64,000 bases of DNA from Candidatus Aenigmatarchaeota archaeon (GCA_026397315.1 JAPLVC010000004.1:64001-128000); one strand, 5' to 3'; counted from the first letter of the stretch, positions 9,182 through 19,444 are shown. Numbers and translations: made by a program. Notes: a model not told the origin generated them from the sequence alone.

Positions 9182-10201
9182 GTGATGAGGATTTCTGTGC
9201 TTTCCGGGACAAGTTTGTTTGAAAAGGTGCGCTCCCTTTACGAAAACGACGAGGCTGAGCTGCCTAAATTCACCGGTAAAAAGGACGGAAAAAACGCTGG
9301 CGCTTTGAGCCGCGGGAAAAAATACGCGGGCAGGAAGCGCAAGAAAGAGCTTTATGTTGATTCTAAGGACAGTGACGAAGCGGAAGAGAAGGATTACGAT
9401 ACCGAATTCTCTTCCGAGAGCAGCGAGTACGTGAAAGCCGGCCATAAGAAACGCGAGGACCGGGTGAGGGTCGAAGTCGAGCCCAGCGCCGCCGCGCAAG
9501 GCGTGCAGTTCGTCGAAGTCGCGGGGAAAGCCGTCGCTAAAAAAGCCGCGCTTTCCGAAGCCAGGAGCGCGGTCAACGAGATGCTGTCCAGCGCGAACGT
9601 GAGAGACGCTAAGTACGCCGACGAGCTCAACAGCACGACCGTCCCCGACGCGGGCTTTCGTTACGGCAGGCGGGCGGGCCTTGTCAAGATAGAATACAAC
9701 GACCCCGTGTTCATCAACAACCAGTGGACCTACCAGCGCATATTCATGAAAAACAACGTGGGCGAATCGAACGTTTATGATTTCACCGTCAAGAAGGCGG
9801 GCACCAGCGGCCTCGAGACGCAAATCAGGTATGACGACAAGTTCCAGACTTTTTATTTCGAGTCGCTCAACGGCGTGCGCGACGGCAGGAACCAGACATA
9901 CTGGGAGGTCTGGGTCAACGGCAACATAGTCGAGGACGCGCTGGACAAGAAAGAAGTCAAAAAGGGCGACGTCGTCGAGTGGAGACTGGCGAACGAGCGC
10001 GAGTCGTTCTGCGGCGGCGGTGGTTACGAAGAGCGATACACTAGGCCGGAGATGCGCTCCAAAATAAGCGTCGAGGCCGAAGCCATGAACCAGATGTACG
10101 GCGCTGGTTTCGGTTACGGCTCAGGCTTTATCACGCCGACCATGCCAACATTTTCCATCAGCAATTACGGCTTCTCGGGAAGGCCGCTGCAGAACATCTG
10201 A
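9182..10201 (+). CDS. DUF4430 domain protein with charged N-terminal region
   Basis: FESLNGV....YWEVWVNG.....LDKKEVKKGDVVEWR; no signal peptide. Confidence 0.65.
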   Translation: MMRISVLSGTSLFEKVRSLYENDEAELPKFTGKKDGKNAGALSRGKKYAGRKRKKELYVDSKDSDEAEEKDYDTEFSSESSEYVKAGHKKREDRVRVEVEPSAAAQGVQFVEVAGKAVAKKAALSEARSAVNEMLSSANVRDAKYADELNSTTVPDAGFRYGRRAGLVKIEYNDPVFINNQWTYQRIFMKNNVGESNVYDFTVKKAGTSGLETQIRYDDKFQTFYFESLNGVRDGRNQTYWEVWVNGNIVEDALDKKEVKKGDVVEWRLANERESFCGGGGYEERYTRPEMRSKISVEAEAMNQMYGAGFGYGSGFITPTMPTFSISNYGFSGRPLQNI

Positions 10202-10207
10202 AGCGGC

Positions 10208-10579
10208 TCACATGAACCTGGCTTTTTTTGCCTGGGAGGCATCGATTTCCTTCAGTTCAGCGTCCTTGGCGGTGGGCTCGAAATATTTTACTTTCTTGTT
10301 CATGCGTCTCGCTAGGTCCACGTCCTCTAGCATCTCCCTGTTCATCTCGCCGATTACCCACACTTCCGACGCCTTCTTTATCTGGCCTAACCTCTCTTTG
10401 TCCCTCGCTTCCTTGTCGTTCGTTATCCTCGTCACCTGCGCGAAGTCGGCGGCCACGTTCGGATAAACCGGAATAAGTTTCATGACCGTCGCCATGCGCA
10501 TCGCCTTGAAGCGCTGGCCGAAATCATTCTTTGAAATTGAAATGTAAACTATATTGCTCACTTTTTCATCCAATGCCAT
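10208..10579 (-). CDS. Hypothetical protein (NDT-like Rossmannoid)
   Basis: IKKASEVWVIGEMNREM..DV.LARRMNKKVKYF; GGTGG upstream of ATG. Confidence 0.6.
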   Translation of the reverse strand: MALDEKVSNIVYISISKNDFGQRFKAMRMATVMKLIPVYPNVAADFAQVTRITNDKEARDKERLGQIKKASEVWVIGEMNREMLEDVDLARRMNKKVKYFEPTAKDAELKEIDASQAKKARFM

Positions 10580-10949
10580 AAGACCACCCCTCTGAAACCC
10601 GTTCAAAACAAACGCTTCCCAGAAAAATAATTGGTCACGAAATTATTTAAAACTCACACACGTAGAAGTAAGAGGATTCAGGGATGCGCAATATTTCATC
10701 CGAACTTTTTATCGGGGAACTGCGCGCGAAAGCCGGAAGAGTGCCCGGCATTTGCGGACCAAGCCGCGCGCTGAAATACAACCCGCGCGAAGAGCATTTT
10801 GGAAATAATATCGACTCTACATGCTGATTTGAAGCTGAATTTCACGAAAATACGCACGAAAAAGCAGAATGAAAATTTGTGCCGAAAACTAAGGGAATCT
10901 CCTCGTCTTCAGCACCTAGTTGACGTTCGCTTCAGTCATCGTTTGACAG

Positions 10950-11744
10950 TCAGGCAACATTTTTCTCGTCACAAACGTTCCCGTATTTCCCGTGTCCGTT
11001 GCCGTTGTGATTTCCATGGTTGCCATTCCTCGTTTCTATATATCTCTTCAGACAGGTTTCCATTATCTTATCGAGCTCCGCGTTTACTTCGCTGGCCTTG
11101 TATTCGTTTTTCCTGGACATCTTATTTTGGATTTTGTCCATTCCATTCTCGTACCTGAAGTTTATCTTCTCGTCGATGTCCATGCCGCTGGTCATCACAT
11201 CTTTCATCAGGCCGTAGTATTTTTCCTTCACCTTTTCGAAAGCTTTCTCATTTTCGTACAGTTCCTTCTCTAACGCCTTCTCCTTTTTGTGCTCCTTGTA
11301 TTTTTTGTCCATCCGGTCTATCATTTTACCCAGCGATATCACGCCCAGCACTCCGAACAGGTCGTGCAGCCATTCTATCCCGTCCTTGCCGGACGTTAGC
11401 ATGTATGCGCTGCCGAAGCCTGCCGCGTGCAAGCTCCATGAGCTGGTCCAGTCGTATACCTCTTTTATAGCTTTTTTTGTCGCCTTAGAAGCCGTCACTG
11501 CATAGTCGCAGAGTTTCTGGATGTCAAGACCGTTTTCATACGCCGCGTTGTCGTCGACCGCTGGATACCACGTGTCGTTTCTGACGCCGCTGAGTCCTTT
11601 TGTCTTGTACTCCCTGTCTGTCGTCAACCAGGCGCCTCTCTGGGCACCTGTTGAGTCATTCACTTTAAAGCTATGGTTGCAAGCTTTAAAACTCTTTCTG
11701 TTGGCCGACATATATCGGTTTTTAGCGAAAAAACTCCAACTCAT
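10950..11744 (-). CDS. Hypothetical membrane / coiled-coil protein (true start probably further downstream)
   Basis: Long ORF with host-like codon use, two short hydrophobic segments and a charged C-terminus. Confidence 0.55.
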   Translation of the reverse strand: MSWSFFAKNRYMSANRKSFKACNHSFKVNDSTGAQRGAWLTTDREYKTKGLSGVRNDTWYPAVDDNAAYENGLDIQKLCDYAVTASKATKKAIKEVYDWTSSWSLHAAGFGSAYMLTSGKDGIEWLHDLFGVLGVISLGKMIDRMDKKYKEHKKEKALEKELYENEKAFEKVKEKYYGLMKDVMTSGMDIDEKINFRYENGMDKIQNKMSRKNEYKASEVNAELDKIMETCLKRYIETRNGNHGNHNGNGHGKYGNVCDEKNVA

Positions 11745-11800
11745 TCGTGAGTAGCCCGCTTGCGATTGGTTTTTTTATTGGCTCCGCCAAATATAATAAT

Positions 11801-12769
11801 ATGATAAAAATTCTCGCCCTCGAGAATGGCAAAAAACTAATAAAAGACCTGCCCGTATCGAGACTGAAATCATTCCTCAGGGAAAACAAGAACAAGGTCT
11901 GGATAAACATGGAGAACCCCACGGACCAGGAATACAAAATACTCACCGAGATTTTCAACTTCCACCCGCTCGAGATAGATGACTGTAAAAAGAGACTGGA
12001 CCTGCCCAAGATAGACGAATTCGAGGATCACATATTCATCGTGTTCCACAGGTTCTCCTATGATTTTCAGAGGCATATAATGAAGCTGAAGGAGTTCGAC
12101 ATATTTCTCAACAACCATTACATAATCACTTTCCCCAACGAGCCCTCGGAAACCATAAGGGACATGATGCAAAGGACAACGAAAGACCCGTCTTTGTTTG
12201 CGAGGGGCACAGAATTCATACTGCACAGCATAATGGACAGGGTGGTCGATGATTATTTTCCGATACTCGACCACTGGGACGAGGAAATGGAGAAGCTCGA
12301 GAACGACGTGGTCACGGGCAATATCAAAAGGACGATGAAGGACATGCTCAAGATAAAAAGGGACATAAGAAAATTCAAGAAGAGCATGGGGCCGCAGAGG
12401 GACGTGATGAACAAGCTCTCGCACCGCGACCTGCCTTTCGTTTCTGAAAAGGCGAACATATATTTCCGTGACGTCTACGACCACGTGCTGCGCTCGTATT
12501 CGATAGTCGAGGACCAGCGCGACATGATAACCACGATATTCGAGGCATATCTTTCGAGCGTGTCGAACAAGCTGAACGAGATAATGAAGACGCTCACTAT
12601 CATAGCAACGATTTTCATACCGCTCACTTTCATCGTGGGCATCTACGGCATGAACTTCCGCTACATGCCTGAACTGGACTGGCAGTTCGGTTATTACATG
12701 GTCTGGGCCGTGATGATAATCGCAATCACCGTCATGCTCATCTATTTCAAGAGAAAGGGCTGGGTATAA
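11801..12769 (+). CDS. corA: Magnesium/cobalt transporter CorA
   Basis: YFRDVYDH, NEIMKTLT, GIYGMNF..MPEL.W. Confidence 0.96.
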   Translation: MIKILALENGKKLIKDLPVSRLKSFLRENKNKVWINMENPTDQEYKILTEIFNFHPLEIDDCKKRLDLPKIDEFEDHIFIVFHRFSYDFQRHIMKLKEFDIFLNNHYIITFPNEPSETIRDMMQRTTKDPSLFARGTEFILHSIMDRVVDDYFPILDHWDEEMEKLENDVVTGNIKRTMKDMLKIKRDIRKFKKSMGPQRDVMNKLSHRDLPFVSEKANIYFRDVYDHVLRSYSIVEDQRDMITTIFEAYLSSVSNKLNEIMKTLTIIATIFIPLTFIVGIYGMNFRYMPELDWQFGYYMVWAVMIIAITVMLIYFKRKGWV

Positions 12770-12810
12770 ACACTCGCATATAATTTTAATCCCGCTTACA
12801 TATTTTTACC

Positions 12811-14070
12811 ATGGACTTCGACAAGGACTTCGACATTGAGCTCTCGGATTTCAATATCAAGAAGCGCGACCTCTCGTTCCGTTACTGGATTTTCGAATAC
12901 GGAGGCAGCGTCGAGGGCTGCGGCATAAGCGATGGAGTGGCTTACTTCGGCTCCTGCGATTATTTCATATACGCCGTGGACGCGGAAACAGGGAAGCTGA
13001 TATGGAAATTCAGGACAGGCGATTGCGTCCCCAATTACGCGCCGGCGTTTTATGGCGACAACTTGTATCTGAGTTCTTATGATAGTTATCTCTACTGCCT
13101 TAACAAGAAAACGGGCAGCGAAGTGTGGAGATTCAAAGCAGGCGACAAATGCTGGTCGCCGCCAACCTGCTATGATGGCATAATTTACTTCGGCTCCAAG
13201 GATAGTTACGTTTACGCAGTTGACGCAAAGAGCGGCCGCGAGGTATGGCGCTTCAAGACGGGCGACATGGCAATCACCACGCCGACAGCTTACAGAGACA
13301 AGCTCGTCATCGGCAGTTACGACGGCTTTCTTTACGTGCTTGACAGGAAAACCGGGAAGGAAACCGGCAGGTTCAAGACGGCCGGGAACATAGTAAACAT
13401 GATCGAATTCGCCATCGACAAGAACATGATTTACTTCGGCTCGTTCGACAACAACATGTACGCCCTGAATCTCGACACGCTAAAAGAAGTGTGGAGGTTC
13501 AAAGCCGGATATGGCATCACGTGCGTCCCGCTCGTTGAGAACAAAAAATTATATTTCGGCAGCCAGGATCACAACTTGTATTGCCTCGATGCGGAAACCG
13601 GCAAGGAAATATGGAGATTCAGGGCGGGCGACAGGATAGGCTCCTCAACATCCGCGATTATAGAAGGAAAAATATATTTTGGCTCCAAAGACCACAATTT
13701 CTACTGCCTGGATTCTGAAACAGGCGAGGAGATCTGGCGTTTCAGGGCCATGAACGAGATCTGGTCGCCTGTGACAGTTTACAAGAAGAGCGTGGTCTTC
13801 GGTTCCATCGATTGCCATCTTTATAGGCTTGACGCAAAAACAGGAAAGAAAATATGGGCTTTCCTGACGAGCACAAAAACAGTTGCCACTTACAAAGTCT
13901 CCGAAGAGGTCTCCGCCGAGATAACGGTCAGGCAGGAAGATGCCGGCGAAAAGGACGACGAGAAATACGACCTCACGACCAGCGTTCCCATCGACCTGAA
14001 AAGCGAATACTCGTTCAAGAGCGAATATGCCTTCAAGTCCGAATACCACACCAAAAGCGAGTACGTGTAG
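12811..14070 (+). CDS. PQQ-like / BamB-type beta-propeller repeat protein with repetitive C-terminal tail
   Basis: About 8 repeats of YFGSxDxxxYxLDAxTGKExWRF; no signal peptide; tail KSEYSFKSEYAFKSEYHTKSEYV. Confidence 0.9.
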   Translation: MDFDKDFDIELSDFNIKKRDLSFRYWIFEYGGSVEGCGISDGVAYFGSCDYFIYAVDAETGKLIWKFRTGDCVPNYAPAFYGDNLYLSSYDSYLYCLNKKTGSEVWRFKAGDKCWSPPTCYDGIIYFGSKDSYVYAVDAKSGREVWRFKTGDMAITTPTAYRDKLVIGSYDGFLYVLDRKTGKETGRFKTAGNIVNMIEFAIDKNMIYFGSFDNNMYALNLDTLKEVWRFKAGYGITCVPLVENKKLYFGSQDHNLYCLDAETGKEIWRFRAGDRIGSSTSAIIEGKIYFGSKDHNFYCLDSETGEEIWRFRAMNEIWSPVTVYKKSVVFGSIDCHLYRLDAKTGKKIWAFLTSTKTVATYKVSEEVSAEITVRQEDAGEKDDEKYDLTTSVPIDLKSEYSFKSEYAFKSEYHTKSEYV

Positions 14071-14086
14071 CTTGTTTTTCAGTTTC

Positions 14087-15220
14087 TCAGATGTGTTTCG
14101 TTGCCTTGGCGGCGATGTAGGTTACGGCCATCACCAGCGGGAAAACGTAGAGCGCGGTGAACGTGCCCAAGCCGAGAGTTATGAAAATTAGCGGTACCTG
14201 CGCTCCCACGATTGTCGCGAGGTCGTTGCTCCAGCCCATCGTGCCGATGACCTTGCCCTTCTCCTCGACTGCGAACGTTTCGCTTATTCTGGAATACATC
14301 CATACATCGATGAAACCGCCTGCAATGCCGATGAGCATCGCTGCAAGATAATACATCGGAAGCGAATTCGCCATGACCATCGTCGTCGCGGCGAGCAGGT
14401 GGAAGGCGATGCATGCGGGCACCCAGTATCGTCTCAGCTTCCTGTTGGATATCCTGCCAATCACCAGGTTGCTCAGGGCGAACAGCACGACTTCCGCCAC
14501 GACGATCAATGACACCGTGCTTCTAGAAAGGCCGAGCGTCTGCAGCGCGTAGCGCGCGAAAAAGAAGACGAACGCCGAGAACATGGCGATGTCCATGGTC
14601 TTGAAAATTATGTATGCGGGAATCTTTTTCATGTACGAGAATGATGGTTTTGCGGAGGCGTGACCATCGTACTTCTTCGCGAACCTGAACATCAGCAGCA
14701 CCCATATCACGCCGACCGCGAATATCAGGTAGAACGCCGGCTGTATGCCGAACGTGTCGATGAAGAAGCCCGGTATTAAAAGGCCCGCGATCCAGCCGAG
14801 ATTGCTCAGCCCGCCATATGTGCCGACCTTTTTATCCGGATTGTCCTTGACCTTTCTCAGCGAGTAAATTATTATCGTCACGAACATGAGCGCGCTCGCC
14901 ACGCCGCCGATTATCTTCAACGACGTGATCGCCAGCAAATCCGACGTCTGTCCTATGAGGAACAGGCACACGAACGAGATGACGCCTGCTATCATCATGT
15001 ATTTCCTTTCGCCGTGCTTGTCCGTCAGATGCCCTAGCACGGGCTTGAGAATGAAAGAAAACACGTCGCCTATCGACAGCAGGAAGGCGAACATCGCTAT
15101 CGAGATGTTCAGCGAAGAAAAATACATGGTCGGTATGAGCATGGCGAATGCCATGAACAGCGTCTGGAAAAAGCCGAACATTGCCCCCGAAAAAAGTCTC
15201 GCCCTGGAATCATCAGCCAT
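14087..15220 (-). CDS. MFS transporter
   Basis: About 12 hydrophobic segments; GHLTDKHGER motif-A-like. Confidence 0.85.
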   Translation of the reverse strand: MADDSRARLFSGAMFGFFQTLFMAFAMLIPTMYFSSLNISIAMFAFLLSIGDVFSFILKPVLGHLTDKHGERKYMMIAGVISFVCLFLIGQTSDLLAITSLKIIGGVASALMFVTIIIYSLRKVKDNPDKKVGTYGGLSNLGWIAGLLIPGFFIDTFGIQPAFYLIFAVGVIWVLLMFRFAKKYDGHASAKPSFSYMKKIPAYIIFKTMDIAMFSAFVFFFARYALQTLGLSRSTVSLIVVAEVVLFALSNLVIGRISNRKLRRYWVPACIAFHLLAATTMVMANSLPMYYLAAMLIGIAGGFIDVWMYSRISETFAVEEKGKVIGTMGWSNDLATIVGAQVPLIFITLGLGTFTALYVFPLVMAVTYIAAKATKHI

Positions 15221-15301
15221 TTACGACACCAAAACCCTTTTCAACATCTTTGTGGAAATTACATATAAGCTTTTTTTGCGGCGACTCACGAATGAGTAAC
15301 T

Positions 15302-16201
15302 TCATCTCGGTTTTTTCCTCTTGCCGTTGCCGTTATTTTTCATTTTCTTGCGCAGCTTTTCCATAAAAGACGCGTTTTCCCCGCTCGTCAAAGCTCTCGC
15401 CGCGCCTATCGCGGTCGCGAATTCCGCGTGCTCCGGGACGACCGCCCGTCCTCCGAACGTCCGCACGGCTTCCTGCAGCTTTTTCATGAGAGTCTTGTTC
15501 CTCGTGACCTTGCCTATGAAAACTATATCCTTTTCAAGGCCGTGGTTCTTCGCGGCGAATACGGAAAGCGTCCCGACTATCTCCCCGACCATGTGTATCA
15601 GGCCGAGCGCTATGTCGTTTTCGCTGGTCTCGTCGCAGAGCTTGCCGAAATTTGCGGCAGTCGCGTCCGCAGAAAGCTCGCCTATGCCCCTGCCGACGAT
15701 GTCCTTCACGGTCAGGTTTATTTTCTTAAGGCTGCCCTTGCTCGCGAGGATCTCGAGGTTGTTTATGTCCTCCTTGTTGAGAAGCAGTTTGAAAAGGCCT
15801 TTCAGCGTTCCGCCGCCAACGCCTGTTCCGCCGGCGTGCTTTATGACCTTGCCGCCTTCGGTGACCGCGACCATCGCCGTACCTGTTCCGATGCTCACGA
15901 CGAAGCATCTTTTCTTGCCCGTCAGCACCATGCCGCCCAGCCCGATTGCCTTAATCTCCTCGACCTTCCTGACAGGGATGCCCAGCAGCGAACTGTTGAG
16001 CTTGACGGCCCCGCCGCCAGTCGCGGCGACGGCCGTGATCCGGTCTATCTTCATCCTGTTCTCGGTGATTATCTTGCCCAGGCAGCCAGACGCGGAAGCG
16101 ACCGCGTCGCTCGCGTGTATGGCGGTGAAATTGCTGGTTTTGCCGTTTCTCAGAAGCACGCCCTGCGTCGTCGAGCCGCCTATGTCTATGCCTATAATCA
16201 T
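15302..16201 (-). CDS. Type II pantothenate kinase (ASKHA fold, CoaW-like)
   Basis: GIDIGGSTT, TGGGA, EIKAIGLGG, VSIGTGT, GGTGVGGGTL.GL, DL.V.DI-like, TAANFGK. Confidence 0.8.
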   Translation of the reverse strand: MIIGIDIGGSTTQGVLLRNGKTSNFTAIHASDAVASASGCLGKIITENRMKIDRITAVAATGGGAVKLNSSLLGIPVRKVEEIKAIGLGGMVLTGKKRCFVVSIGTGTAMVAVTEGGKVIKHAGGTGVGGGTLKGLFKLLLNKEDINNLEILASKGSLKKINLTVKDIVGRGIGELSADATAANFGKLCDETSENDIALGLIHMVGEIVGTLSVFAAKNHGLEKDIVFIGKVTRNKTLMKKLQEAVRTFGGRAVVPEHAEFATAIGAARALTSGENASFMEKLRKKMKNNGNGKRKKPR

Positions 16202-16276
16202 ATAGATAATTCAATGACTGGGATATAAAAACAGTTTTGAAAGCGCGGGCTCGCGCTTGATAATTTTATCAATATT

Positions 16277-16411
16277 CTACTTGCAGAAAGGGCATTGCCC
16301 CATGTTCCCAGAGCAGCTAACTGGTTTCTTCAGCTTGCCGCAGAAACTCTTCTTGCCCAGGAACCACTGGCAGGAGCTTTCTGCTCCCGGAAAGTCGTCA
16401 GCATCTACCAT
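16277..16411 (-). CDS. 44-aa Cys-rich microprotein (not in ORF track)
   Basis: MVDADDFPGAESSCQWFLGKKSFCGKLKKPVSCSGNMGQCPFCK; AT-rich TATA-like sequence upstream. Confidence 0.6.
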   Translation of the reverse strand: MVDADDFPGAESSCQWFLGKKSFCGKLKKPVSCSGNMGQCPFCK

Positions 16412-16583
16412 GTTTAAACATTGGTATTCAATATTTAAAAGTTCACTACTCACAAGTTACTCATTTATGAGTTGGTAAATGACGCCTGCCTGAGGGGGAT
16501 GACCGCGTTGCTCGCGTGCATCGAAAGCTTTATATATTTAATCACTAATTAATAGTAACATAATGTGTTTTGGAGGTATGCTT

Positions 16584-17279
16584 ATGAATGGCGAAATTCG
16601 CGAAATAGGCGGAATGAACGTTGTCATTGACCCGAGCGTAATTGATGCTGATGGAAAAATAGGCATGTATACGACAGGCACGGCAGCAACCGGTCGTCTG
16701 ATAAAAAACGTGAGAATAAGGCCGAAAAAAGTTTTCATCTCATCTCACGGCGATCTGGAAATACAAGACCAAAATCTCGGCACTAGGAAATTCAGAAAGC
16801 TTTTGAATTATTTGGGCCAAAACACGAATGGCTTTTCTGCATACGGAACGCATGATGGGGGAGAAATGGTTTGTGAACTGCCCATGGAAGACAATAATAC
16901 CGCTAAAATCAGGATATCCCTCGAGAACCTCGGAAAAAGGAGAAAGGGTCTTCCGGGCCTTTTTGGAATAAAGAGGACGTACGGCGATGTTCAGGTCTCT
17001 TCTGAGAAACCTTATTCGGCGCATATTAACAATAATCTCACAGGCAAACCGTTAGGAGAAGGCGGCGATTGGCCAGGCACGGGCAGAAGTACCACGGAAA
17101 TTGATCCCGTCCTTTACATTTCCGAACATCCGGAGATAAGAAGGAGAAGGGAAACAGCACATGGCATTGCAGATAATGGCTACAATGCTGTTGGCCAATA
17201 TCTTCCCAAACCAAAGAGAAATGTGATGGGAGCCGTAACAAATTACGACATACTCTCAAATGGTTTCAGGGGCATTTAG
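16584..17279 (+). CDS. Hypothetical protein (orphan)
   Basis: Long ORF; GGAGGT upstream; AT-richer than neighbours. Confidence 0.6.
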   Translation: MNGEIREIGGMNVVIDPSVIDADGKIGMYTTGTAATGRLIKNVRIRPKKVFISSHGDLEIQDQNLGTRKFRKLLNYLGQNTNGFSAYGTHDGGEMVCELPMEDNNTAKIRISLENLGKRRKGLPGLFGIKRTYGDVQVSSEKPYSAHINNNLTGKPLGEGGDWPGTGRSTTEIDPVLYISEHPEIRRRRETAHGIADNGYNAVGQYLPKPKRNVMGAVTNYDILSNGFRGI

Positions 17280-17358
17280 GATTTTGCAGCCCCTCGTTTT
17301 CATTTTTCATTTCATCATTTTTATGACTCAGAAATGGCTTACGGAAATGCTAGTTAAA

Positions 17359-18954
17359 TCAGATTATCGCGAATAAACCCAGCAGCGCCAGCACGACGCC
17401 GAGGAATCCCTCGCCTCCGATGAGTCCGGCTGCGATTAACTGGCCTTTCTCCGTCCATCCTTTCCTGTCGGCAACGTATCGCAGCACGCCGCCTGTGAAT
17501 AATGGGAATGATAGTTCTATGGGCACATAAAGGCCGATGCCAAACGCTATGGGTGCGATGCCTTGTTTGAAGTAAAGCGAGGCCAGCGTAAGCAGTCCGC
17601 CCGCGATTATGCCGTATACCATGAACTCCGATATGCCGCCCGCAGCGACGATGGACGAAAGCGCGACGGCCTGCGGCGCCGGGAGATTGACGCTACCCAG
17701 CTTATACATGTGGTCCAGCGCGACCAGCACTATGCCTATGACAATCCCTGATGAGAACACGCTTATGATCTGCGCTTTTATCTGGTCCTTCGGATTCGTG
17801 CCTACCAGGTGGCCCGCCTTGAGATCCTGCATGAAGTCGCCCGCCATGCCTGCGGATATGCACAGTATCGCGGCCAGCACGACCGCGACTACCGGGTCGA
17901 GCTGCACGAACAAAAGGACGATTATGAGTATGGCCATCGCGAAGACTTCCATGGGGTCGATGTTTATCTCGCCCGTTATCCTTGCGGCAATGTAGCTCAC
18001 GAGGAACGCGCCGAAAATCGACACTATCGCTATCGCGACGTTAAGCCGCAGGGCGATGCTCAGCAGCACTGCAAAAGCGATGATGGCGACGAACCACCAG
18101 CGACTGCGCTTTTCCTTCTTCCACGCGCCCTTCAGCATGGGCACGAATGCAGGCAGGCCCTTGAGCAGGAAGTAGACGACGCTAGCGCCAATTATCACGC
18201 CGATGCCGAAAGGCTTCGTCACCGTCATCATCGCGGCTATTTTGTCGGCGAACATGCCTGACGCCACGAGCGCGGGCACGAGCGCGAAATACGATACGAG
18301 CGCGCCGGCGAACCATATGGCCGTGAATTTGAGCCCGATCAAAAAGCCGCCTGAGAAAATCGCCAGGCTTATGCTCGCGCCGAAGGAGAAATATTTGGCA
18401 GCGGAAAGTTTCAGCGTGTCGAGGTTGAAGAACGAAGGAATCGCCTGGAAATAGTCGCGGACAATCGTGAACAGCCCGGCTAGGCCGAAGAACGCGAACA
18501 TTATTTTTGCCTGTTTGCCGCCTTTGTCCCCGGCTTCAAGGACTTTCGCCGTCGCCGCGCCGTCGGGATAGGGCAGTTTCAGCTTTACAATCATCTCCTC
18601 GCGCAGCGGTATGGTGAACAGCACGCCCAGAAGGCCGCCGACTATCGCGATGAACGTGACCTCTAAAATTGAGATGTCCAGGCCGAGCATCCATATGGCG
18701 GGCACGGTGAAAATTATGCCGGCCGCGAGCAGGCCGCCCGTCGATGCGGCGGTAGCAGCGACGTTGACCTCGTTCTTGTTTGTCTTGCCAAAAAGCTTTA
18801 ACAAAGCGAACGACATTATGGTCGCGGTTATGATGGGCCAGTATACGCCTCCGACCTTCAGGCCAGCGTACGCCGAATACATGCACACGACAGCCGAGAG
18901 AACCACGCCGATAAGGACGGCTTTCCACGTGAATGCCGAATTCTCTTTTGCCAT
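17359..18954 (-). CDS. OPT family oligopeptide transporter
   Basis: YAGLKVG, IFTVPA, LPYPDGAA, DFMQDLKAGHLVG, LPAPQA. Confidence 0.92.
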   Translation of the reverse strand: MAKENSAFTWKAVLIGVVLSAVVCMYSAYAGLKVGGVYWPIITATIMSFALLKLFGKTNKNEVNVAATAASTGGLLAAGIIFTVPAIWMLGLDISILEVTFIAIVGGLLGVLFTIPLREEMIVKLKLPYPDGAATAKVLEAGDKGGKQAKIMFAFFGLAGLFTIVRDYFQAIPSFFNLDTLKLSAAKYFSFGASISLAIFSGGFLIGLKFTAIWFAGALVSYFALVPALVASGMFADKIAAMMTVTKPFGIGVIIGASVVYFLLKGLPAFVPMLKGAWKKEKRSRWWFVAIIAFAVLLSIALRLNVAIAIVSIFGAFLVSYIAARITGEINIDPMEVFAMAILIIVLLFVQLDPVVAVVLAAILCISAGMAGDFMQDLKAGHLVGTNPKDQIKAQIISVFSSGIVIGIVLVALDHMYKLGSVNLPAPQAVALSSIVAAGGISEFMVYGIIAGGLLTLASLYFKQGIAPIAFGIGLYVPIELSFPLFTGGVLRYVADRKGWTEKGQLIAAGLIGGEGFLGVVLALLGLFAII

Positions 18955-19075
18955 TAATTTTCAAATTGCACAAGGTCGCTTATATAATGCGCTGTGACAT
19001 TTACGCGATTTGTCGAATTTTCCGGGCGCAATGACAATATTTAAAACTTATTTTCAAGCTTTAACTCGTGCAATC

Positions 19076-19435
19076 ATGTCAAAAAATTACATCGCCAAGA
19101 CAGCCTTTTGCGCATGGCTTGGCCTGACAGCCCTCGCCAACACATCATGTAACAGCATGGAAAATTTATACGATTCCCTTCTGGGAAGAACATCACAGAC
19201 ATTTTACAGGGATGTGAATGGCGATGGTGTGCCAGATAAGACTACGATTACAAGACAAAAAATTCTGGGAATTTTTTGGAAAAGTTATCCCGACAATCCC
19301 ATTCCAAAAATCGGCGAAGAGATAAAAATCGAAACCCTGTACGGTACCAAAAACGGCAAAGGGCCTTATCTTCCGTGGGAGCAGTTCGACGAATACAAGA
19401 AAACCGGAAAGCTTCCGACCGGAACTCACGAATGA
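19076..19435 (+). CDS. Hypothetical exported / lipoprotein-like protein
   Basis: Signal-like N-terminus ending NTSC; DVNGDGVPD Ca-binding-like loop. Confidence 0.6.
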   Translation: MSKNYIAKTAFCAWLGLTALANTSCNSMENLYDSLLGRTSQTFYRDVNGDGVPDKTTITRQKILGIFWKSYPDNPIPKIGEEIKIETLYGTKNGKGPYLPWEQFDEYKKTGKLPTGTHE

Positions 19436-19444
19436 AGATTGTGG

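Noticed and set aside
10620-10950. RNase P or SRP RNA
   Set aside because: No GAGGAAAGUCC or SRP helix-8 signature recognised
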